The notes beneath the pieces are model-generated. The model was not told where the DNA came from and ran no database searches. It was given only the letters and a program-made list of their open reading frames with translations. From Planctomycetaceae bacterium UBA4655 (GTDB lineage: Bacteria > Planctomycetota > Planctomycetia > Pirellulales > UBA1268), in NCBI GenBank assembly GCA_002405515.1, contig DHLZ01000204.1, forward strand, positions 1-15,946: DNA of 15,946 bases, in the 5' to 3' direction. Position numbers and translations under genes: made by a program. Each line of letters opens with the position of its first letter. Positions within the stretch are counted from its first letter, which is position 1. Below, piece by piece: positions 1-5,732 of the stretch.

Positions 1-110
1 CCTCGGGCTTCCGTATTCGGCACCTGTTCGCCTGCAGGGCAACTCGCGCCTCGGGCTTCCGTATTGGGCACCTGTTCGCCTGCAGGGAAACTCGCGCCTC
101 GGGCTTCCGT
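1..110. repeat. 48-bp tandem direct repeat, about 2.3 copies (units 1-48 and 49-96, partial unit 97-110), containing the 8-bp palindrome CCTGCAGG
   Basis: Read directly. Unit 1 is cctcgggcttccgtattcggcacctgttcgcctgcagggcaactcgcg. Unit 2 differs at 2 of 48 positions. The third copy is truncated after cctcgggcttccgt. The array lies downstream of the 3' end of the minus-strand aroE-like gene. Confidence 0.9.
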
Positions 111-198
111 GAAAGTCAGCAGGCCGAGTTGCCCGCAGAACGATGTCAACTACTTGATGCTCCCGGTAGTACGCGGATGGAATCCGGCCGACGGGCGA

Positions 199-1080
199 TC
201 AGGCCGAGAGGAATTCCTCGAGCGACTCGCGGAGCAGCTCGGCGTTGGGCTCGAGGCCCGTCCACTGGGTGAACTCGATCACCGTTCTGGCGCAGCGGAT
301 CTCGATGCCATCGATCGTGCAGGCGCCATGACGTGCCCCCTGCGAAACGATCGCCGAGGGCTCGCCGCCGAGGGCGAGATCGGCCATCACGAGATCGGGC
401 CGCACGGCGTCGAGTTCGATCACCGACTTGTCGGCCGCGGGGATTGCGGAGACGACGAGCCCGACCTCCTCGGGAATCGCGAGCGGTTTGCCCCGCTCGC
501 AGGGAATCGCCTCGACATGCATGACGGCTGCCGGCGGCTGATCGGGAGCGGCCGCGCCGCCGATCCCGCGAAGCCTTTCGGCAAGCGCCGTGGAGCGGTC
601 CATCGAGCGGTTCGCGAGGAGCAGACGGCCGACTCCCGCGAGTGACAGTTCCAGCGCGGTGGCCGCCGCCGCCGGGCCGCTGCCGATGAGCAGCACCGCG
701 GCGTTCACGGGATCGAAGTGGCCACGAATCGCCTCGAGGGCTGCACGGCCGTCGGTCATGTGCCCCACGAGTCCTTCCGGCTGCCGGTCGATCACGCTCA
801 CGGCCCCCGCGAACGTGGCCGTGGGGCTCGCGGAATCAACCAGCGGCAGCCCCGACTGCCGCAAGGGGCCGGTGAGCACGGCACCGCGAAACCCGAGGGC
901 GCGAACGCCGCGGATCGCATCCTCGGCCCGCTCCAAGGGCACATCGAACGTGACGAACCGCCAGTCGAGCCCGGCCTCGGCCATCGCCCGCTCGAAGACG
1001 TACTGCGTCGGGTCGCCGGCTGCGGGGCAACCGAGGACGGCGATGATCTCCTGAAGCGCCGGTCGGCTCGATCGTGGCAC
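199..1080 (-). CDS. aroE: Shikimate 5-dehydrogenase family protein (AroE-like), GTG start
   Basis: 293-aa ORF with GC3-rich codons. The N-terminal pattern is AVLGcP..Y.FerAm.eaGLd..Fv.F.V.....a......GfrGa.lT.P. It has GAVSV...G.L.GHMTDG (the NTDG-like motif) and an LLIGSGPAAAATALEL...NRS Rossmann/NADP loop, matching the AroE fold. Several canonical residues look substituted (see findings). Confidence 0.75.
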   Translation of the reverse strand: MPRSSRPALQEIIAVLGCPAAGDPTQYVFERAMAEAGLDWRFVTFDVPLERAEDAIRGVRALGFRGAVLTGPLRQSGLPLVDSASPTATFAGAVSVIDRQPEGLVGHMTDGRAALEAIRGHFDPVNAAVLLIGSGPAAAATALELSLAGVGRLLLANRSMDRSTALAERLRGIGGAAAPDQPPAAVMHVEAIPCERGKPLAIPEEVGLVVSAIPAADKSVIELDAVRPDLVMADLALGGEPSAIVSQGARHGACTIDGIEIRCARTVIEFTQWTGLEPNAELLRESLEEFLSA

Positions 1081-1144
1081 GCTCTTTGGCTCGCGACTGG
1101 CTTGCGGGGTGGAAGCTGGCGCCGATCCCGCCGCAGCGGACGTG

Positions 1145-1708
1145 TCAGACCGTCAGGTGCGTCACCGCCACGAACCTCGGATCGGAACGGATCGGGTCGA
1201 AATCCGGTTCGATCTGGGTCAGGTCGCGAAACCGCTTGTCGATCGAGATCGCCTTCGTGAGGTGCTCGATCGCCGCCTGCACGTCACCGCCGAGCGAGAG
1301 GTAGCACGACAGATTGTAGTGGAGGATCGGCTCATCGGGCGAGGCGACCAGGCCCTGCTCGAGCACGTCGATCGCCTTCGGCAGCCGGCCGAGCCGCTTG
1401 AAACACCAGCCCAGGCCGAGCCACGCCTCGAGCCGCTTGGGATCGTTTTCCACGACGAGTTCGAACGGGCCGATGGCATCCGCCCAGTGGCCCATCGCCC
1501 GGAGGGCCTCCGCCTCGAGCAGTTTGGCGTCGGGCATCGACCGCGTCGGCTCGGGCAGTTCGTCGATCGTCTCGATCGCCCTGACGAGCAGCACCCGCGC
1601 GGTCTCGGGGGTGGGCCGGTCGCCATCGACCAATAGTTCCGCCAGCTCGACGTATCCAGAGGCCTGTCGCAGGATTGCCTGTCGGCGATTCCGGGTCATG
1701 GCGGTCAT
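1145..1708 (-). CDS. TPR-repeat protein (small, about 187 aa)
   Basis: TPR-like helical repeats, for example WLGLGWCFKRLGRLPKAIDVLEQGL and HYNLSCYLSLGGDVQAAIEHLTKAISIDKRF. An ATG at 1708 is preceded by AGGAG about 10 nt upstream on the minus strand. The ORF-track start at 1747 is a TTG, a less likely alternative. The gene is co-oriented with the aroE-like gene across a 64-bp gap and is probably in the same operon. Confidence 0.6.
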   Translation of the reverse strand: MTAMTRNRRQAILRQASGYVELAELLVDGDRPTPETARVLLVRAIETIDELPEPTRSMPDAKLLEAEALRAMGHWADAIGPFELVVENDPKRLEAWLGLGWCFKRLGRLPKAIDVLEQGLVASPDEPILHYNLSCYLSLGGDVQAAIEHLTKAISIDKRFRDLTQIEPDFDPIRSDPRFVAVTHLTV

Positions 1709-1747
1709 GGCAGTTCCGCTCCTGCTGAAAGCATTCGTCAGTTCCAA

Positions 1748-2006
1748 CCGTTCGACACGAGCGGCTCAGCCCGTGCGGCAGGATCTGCCGGAGTCTTCCT
1801 TGTTTCCCAGCACCTACATCATACCCAGGGTCCGGCGATTGCCGATTCTCCGGACCCCCGTCATACGGATTTTTCTACGGGATTCACGGTCGTTTGGGTC
1901 GCGCGGCGGGCGCCCCGGATTTTTTCCACGAAATGTCGGGCCGGATCGCCACTCTTCTCTTGGGCGGCCGGTTCGGCCGCGGCCGAACGATTCCGGGAGC
2001 CTGCCA
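1748..2006. promoter_or_regulatory. Divergent intergenic/promoter region between the TPR operon (-) and the membrane-protein gene (+), containing hairpins and palindromes
   Basis: GGGTCCGG(1828-1835)...CCGGACCC(1850-1857) forms a perfect 8-bp stem around a 14-nt loop that has an internal cgattgccgatt direct repeat. A near-palindrome ggttcggccgcggccgaacg (about 1967-1988) lies just 5' of the GGGAG RBS at 1994-1998. No promoter consensus could be assigned with confidence. Confidence 0.4.
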
Positions 2007-4268
2007 ATGTTGCGACTGACACTGCGGACGCTGCTCGCCTGGCTCGACGGCGTTCTTTCGGCGGATGAGGCCGATGCCTTCGCCGCGAAGCTCTCTGCCA
2101 GCGGATCGGCCCGGGTGCTCGTCGATCGTATCCGGGCGGTCGTCGCCCATCCCGGGCTCGACTCGCCCAAGGTGGTCGGCAAGGGCCTCGGCGCGGACGC
2201 CAATACCGTCGCCGAATACCTCACCAACTCGCTGCCGGCCGAGGCGGTCGCGGCGTTCGAAATGGTCTGCATCGAGTCCGACGTCCACCTCGCGGAGGTG
2301 GCGTCGTGCCACAGGACGCTCGTGGAGGCCCGCAACTCCCCGCGGGTTTTCGAGCCGCCGGAACCCCATGAGCTTGAACGACTGCTCGCTGCGACGGGCG
2401 GCCTTGCCAGCGGCGCGATCGGCTCGGAACGGTCAAAAGCGAAGCCGGCGGCGGCTTCGCCCGCGGCACCGTCTTCCAGGGCGGCTTCGCCAGCGGCATC
2501 GTTGCCAAAAACGCCGTCACCCGCGGCGGCGTCAACCACGATGAAGGGCTCCAAGACGTCGCCGGTGGCCTGGGCGTCGTTGATTGCGGCGGTGCTCCTG
2601 CTGGGAGCGCTCGCGGGAACGCTTGCCTGGAGGCTCATGCCGAATGAAACCGGCGGAGCGGTGCCAAAAAACAAGGACGCCGTCGCCCTTCGAGAATCGC
2701 CGGCTCCCGCGCCGGTGCCGCCGGCCCCGGCAGACCCGGCCGTGGAAGCGATCCCTGTAGTTTCGCCGGAGCCGGAGCCATCGCTTCCAGCGAAGGAAAA
2801 CGCGGGCCCGAAGCAGGATCTGAAACGGGACGACGCACTCGTCTCGCCGCCGCCGCGCGAAACTGATGCCTCCGTCGCGGCAGTCGGGGCGGAGCCCGCA
2901 CCGGAGCCCGCACCGGACGCTCCGCAGCCGTCGGCCGGCCGCGTGCCCGGGGGCGATGCGCTTGCGATCGGAGCGACCATCCGGCCGCCCGCCACGATTC
3001 CGAAGCAGCCCGCGCCGAACGATCCCAAACCGGCCGATCCTGCACGGAAAGAATCGGGTCCGGCAACACTGCCGGCGAGGAACGACGGGTCGGCGTTTGC
3101 GATCGTCGGCGTCGCCCCGCTTTTCCTGCAACGCATCGGAGATGCCGGCGGTCCGGCCGACTGGAAGGTCGTCGCACCACAGTCGCCGCTTTCCGCATCG
3201 ACCGACCTGCTCGTGCCGGAGGGCTTTTTTCCAACGTGGGCGGTCGGGAAGGCGACGATCCGCGTGATCGGTCCGGCCCGCGTGGTGGTCCGGCCGCGGA
3301 AGGATGCCGCCGCGGAGATCGAGCTCGTCTTTGGACGGGCGATTGTTGGCGGAATCGAGGCCGGGCGACCGATCGCGTTCGTGGCCGGCGATCTTTCGGG
3401 GCGGCTCGACGCCGGCGATCCGATCGGGCTGGAGGTGCGGTTCGATCGACCGTTCGGCAGTGATCCGGAGGCCGTGCCGTCGGCGGCCGTCGGCTCGATT
3501 GCGTTTCCCGAGGGGGGGAGGCTCACGTTCGAGCCCGGGGCCGCCGTCGCTGTTGAGGATGGGCTCATCCGCCCCGACGGCTCGGTCGCGACCGGTGTCG
3601 TGGTGACGGGCCGCGGGGAGGCATCCCGAGGCCTTCCGGATTGGCTGGCGTCGCCGTCCGCCCCACGGCTTCTCGATCGCCTCGCCGCCGAAGCGGTTGC
3701 CCGGAGCCTCGCGACGGCTCCGACGCCTGAAGCCCTCGAGCGGCTGCTCGGGGACAACCGTCTCGAGAATCGCTCCGCCGCCGCCGCGACGCTCGCGGTC
3801 ATGGGCCGGTACGAGCCGCTCGCGGACCTGCTCGCGGAGGAGCAGCAGGGCCTGCGGCTGCCGGCGCGGGCCTGGGAGGCCCTGGAGCAATCGACGGTTC
3901 CACTCGCCCTCGCCCGAGGGCCGACGTCGGCGGGCAGTCTGCTCGCGGCCTTCGAATCGGTCGTCCCGCCGAACGACCGGGATCTCGTGCGGCGGCTGGT
4001 CGTCGGCCTGTCGGGCCAGTCGCTCGCCGAAGGGGGCGACGCGGTCCTGGTCGCCGCCCTCGAACACCCCGTGCTCCTCGTCCGCCGCCTGGCAGCGTCA
4101 CGGCTGCTCGGGGCGGTTCGCCCGGCCGCGGCCGACCGTCTGCGGTACCGGCCGGACGGTCCTCCGGCAGCCCGCGCCGAAGCCGTGAAATGGTGGCGGT
4201 CGCAGCTCGAGAAGGGGCGGATTCGCGGGGGAGCGGAGGGAGGTCTGTCGAACGCCGAAGGGGAGTGA
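2007..4268 (+). CDS. Hypothetical single-pass membrane protein (754 aa) with an anti-sigma-factor-like architecture
   Basis: ATG at 2007 with GGGAG 8 nt upstream. The 1398-2006 part of the long ORF-track entry overlaps the TPR gene antisense and is treated as non-coding. The protein has an N-terminal soluble domain of about 130 aa. A hydrophobic segment follows (VAWASLIAAVLLLGALAGTLAWRL). After it comes a long Pro/Ala-rich linker (PAPAPVPPAPADP...EPAPEPAPDAP...). A beta-rich region resembling a FecR-type domain follows, by eye. C-terminal HEAT-like repeats include LLGDNRLENRSAAAATLAVMG and VAALEHPVLLVRRLAASRLLG. GC3 bias runs throughout. Confidence 0.65.
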   Translation: MLRLTLRTLLAWLDGVLSADEADAFAAKLSASGSARVLVDRIRAVVAHPGLDSPKVVGKGLGADANTVAEYLTNSLPAEAVAAFEMVCIESDVHLAEVASCHRTLVEARNSPRVFEPPEPHELERLLAATGGLASGAIGSERSKAKPAAASPAAPSSRAASPAASLPKTPSPAAASTTMKGSKTSPVAWASLIAAVLLLGALAGTLAWRLMPNETGGAVPKNKDAVALRESPAPAPVPPAPADPAVEAIPVVSPEPEPSLPAKENAGPKQDLKRDDALVSPPPRETDASVAAVGAEPAPEPAPDAPQPSAGRVPGGDALAIGATIRPPATIPKQPAPNDPKPADPARKESGPATLPARNDGSAFAIVGVAPLFLQRIGDAGGPADWKVVAPQSPLSASTDLLVPEGFFPTWAVGKATIRVIGPARVVVRPRKDAAAEIELVFGRAIVGGIEAGRPIAFVAGDLSGRLDAGDPIGLEVRFDRPFGSDPEAVPSAAVGSIAFPEGGRLTFEPGAAVAVEDGLIRPDGSVATGVVVTGRGEASRGLPDWLASPSAPRLLDRLAAEAVARSLATAPTPEALERLLGDNRLENRSAAAATLAVMGRYEPLADLLAEEQQGLRLPARAWEALEQSTVPLALARGPTSAGSLLAAFESVVPPNDRDLVRRLVVGLSGQSLAEGGDAVLVAALEHPVLLVRRLAASRLLGAVRPAAADRLRYRPDGPPAARAEAVKWWRSQLEKGRIRGGAEGGLSNAEGE

Positions 4269-4281
4269 TATGCTCCCCGCC

Positions 4282-4602
4282 ATGCAAATCAACGTCTCAA
4301 CTCGACACGGGCATTTGAGCCCGGCATCTCAGTCCAAGATCAGCTCGAAGGTCTTCCGCCTGAAGCGGTATTTCGACCGCCTGACGGCTCTGAACGTCAC
4401 GGTGGACCTCGAGAATCCGTCGCTGCCGCTGGTGGAGATCATCGCCTCCGCCGAGCACATGCACGACATGGTGGGCCACGAGGTGTCGGCCGATCTTTGG
4501 CGGAGCGTCGACGGCGCGGTTCAGAAACTGGAACAGCAACTCAGGAAGCACAAGGAGAAGGTCCGCGACCACAAGCACGTCCAGAACACGAAGCGTTCCT
4601 GA
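4282..4602 (+). CDS. hpf: Ribosome hibernation promoting factor (short HPF/YhbH/RaiA family)
   Basis: MQINVSTRHG...KVFRLKRYFDRLTALNVTVDLE...ASAEHMHDMV...AVQKLEQQLRKHKEK matches the conserved HPF fold pattern MQlnItG....E..f.KlE+yfdri..v.V.l......A.d.Y.AID.l.dkL.RQL.KHK. An in-frame ATG at 4270 is an alternative start. A GGGGAG motif lies at 4260-4265. The gene starts 13 nt after the stop of the upstream gene. Confidence 0.85.
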   Translation: MQINVSTRHGHLSPASQSKISSKVFRLKRYFDRLTALNVTVDLENPSLPLVEIIASAEHMHDMVGHEVSADLWRSVDGAVQKLEQQLRKHKEKVRDHKHVQNTKRS

Positions 4603-4636
4603 GGCGCGTTCCTGGGGCGGCCTTCCTAATTTCACC

Positions 4637-5113
4637 ATGAAGTTTTCCGATTTTGTGGCGGCGGATGCGATTCGTTCGAGCGTGAAGGCCCGAACGAAAG
4701 AAGGCGTGATCCGGGAGATGGCGACCGCCCTCGTCGAGGCGGGGAAGATTCCCGCCGGCGACATGGAGGGCATCGTCAAGGCGATCATGAAGCGGGAGGA
4801 TCTCGGCAGCACCGGGATCGGCCGCGGCGTCGCCGTCCCCCACACGAAGCACCCGAGCGTGAGCCGGCTGGTCGGCACCGTGGCCGTGAGCCGCGAGGGG
4901 ATCGATTTCGAGAGCCTCGACGGCGAGCCTGTGCAGTTGTTCTTCCTGCTGGTTTCGCCGCCGGATCGGCCGGGCGACCATCTGCGGGCGCTCGAGAACA
5001 TCTCGAGGCAGCTTCGCGACGACTCGTTTTGTGCAACGCTCAAGGCGGCACCCGCCGCGACCGACATCCGGCACCTGCTGGAGGAGGCCGACAGTCATGG
5101 GCTCGTTTCTTGA
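4637..5113 (+). CDS. ptsN: PTS EIIA-Ntr-type (fructose/nitrogen family IIA) regulatory protein
   Basis: 158 aa. Conserved region GIGRGVAVPHTKH carries the phosphorylatable His loop, GIAIPH-like. The length and layout (...MKREDLGSTGIG...VQLFFLLVSP) are typical of PtsN. It sits immediately after hpf, as in canonical rpoN-hpf-ptsN clusters. Confidence 0.85.
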   Translation: MKFSDFVAADAIRSSVKARTKEGVIREMATALVEAGKIPAGDMEGIVKAIMKREDLGSTGIGRGVAVPHTKHPSVSRLVGTVAVSREGIDFESLDGEPVQLFFLLVSPPDRPGDHLRALENISRQLRDDSFCATLKAAPAATDIRHLLEEADSHGLVS

Positions 5114-5162
5114 TACAAGTGAATGAATTGGCGGATTTGCGTGACGTGGTTTGGCAAGCGTG

Positions 5163-5441
5163 ATGTCGGAACGGACCGTGGTTCGTCAGGTCGTGGTGGG
5201 CATGCGGCAGGGGCTTCACGCCCGGCCGGCGGACATGCTTGCGCGCGAGGCGAGGAAGTGGCAGTCGCGGATCGAACTCGTGGCGGGCTCGCAGCGGGCC
5301 GACGGCAAGAGCATCCTCGAGGTGCTCACCCTGGCGGCCGAGGCGGGAACGTACGTCGTGATCGAGGCGACCGGGCCCGATGCCGATGAGGCGATCGACG
5401 CCATCGGCGGGCTCTTCGAGCGGAATTTCGACGAAGACTGA
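5163..5441 (+). CDS. ptsH: Phosphocarrier protein HPr/NPr
   Basis: The GLHARPA active-site His motif is present. A downstream ...RADGKSILEVL... segment has the Ser46-like GKS, consistent with HprK-regulated HPr. About 92 aa from the ATG at 5163. The ORF track extends to a TTG at 5151 and there is a GTG at 5160. No strong SD. Confidence 0.85.
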   Translation: MSERTVVRQVVVGMRQGLHARPADMLAREARKWQSRIELVAGSQRADGKSILEVLTLAAEAGTYVVIEATGPDADEAIDAIGGLFERNFDED

Positions 5442-5450
5442 AGGAACATA

Positions 5451-5482
5451 GGGAACGGGAACACTCGGGAACGGTAACACTC
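5451..5482 (+). repeat. Two tandem copies of a 16-bp direct repeat (GGGAACGGGAACACTC / GGGAACGGTAACACTC) just 3' of the HPr stop, followed by AGGAG
   Basis: Read directly. GGAAC recurs five times within 5443-5476. The region is locally AT-richer than its surroundings. It lies in a 292-bp spacer before ptsI. That spacer also holds an 8-bp-stem hairpin ATCGCATC-cccgt-GATGCGAT at about 5583-5603. Confidence 0.6.
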
Positions 5483-5732
5483 AGGAGATAGAGCCAAGGC
5501 CCCTGCCGATGGGCGCCGGGAGATCCTGATCGCAGCGCGTCGCTTCGCGATCTCTCCACGGACTCGCCCCGCGGTGGCCGATACATCGCATCCCCGTGAT
5601 GCGATCCACGCCGGCCGGTGCCGGCGAGATCGAACATGCCTTCGATTTCGATGCCGCCAAAAACGGCCATCGGAGCGAAAGGTGCATTGAGACTCGCCCG
5701 AGGCGACCGGGTCGGCGTGCGGAAAGCGCGCC

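Noticed and set aside
1-110. CRISPR array interpretation of the 33-nt conserved blocks separated by 15-nt variable segments (window start and end)
   Set aside because: Only 2-3 units per locus. The 'spacers' are far shorter than CRISPR spacers. At the window start they are near-identical, making it a plain 48-bp tandem repeat. There are no cas genes in the window, and the copies sit at gene 3' ends like REP elements.
64-645. 193-aa plus-strand ORF (MGTCSPAGKLAPRAS...) spanning the repeat array and the aroE 3' half
   Set aside because: It is antisense to the well-supported aroE-like gene and begins inside the tandem repeat. Its AGKLAPRAS peptide is simply the translated repeat, and the same peptide appears in the spurious minus ORF at the window end. 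No homology pattern is recognisable.
1398-2006. N-terminal 203 codons of the 956-aa ORF-track entry 1398..4268
   Set aside because: It overlaps the TPR gene on the opposite strand. It is Ser/Arg-rich low complexity. A good RBS plus ATG at 2007 gives a sensible N-terminus, so the true start is 2007.
2007-4268. Possibility that the gene upstream of hpf is a divergent rpoN
   Set aside because: There is no RpoN box (ARRTVAKYRE-like) or sigma-54 core-binding or HTH pattern. Instead it has a TM segment, a Pro/Ala linker and HEAT repeats.
4270-4281. Earlier ATG (4270) as hpf start, 4 nt after GGGGAG
   Set aside because: HPF family proteins start MQI/MNI-. The MQINV at 4282 aligns exactly with the family N-terminus. 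4270 remains a possible alternative but is less likely by homology.
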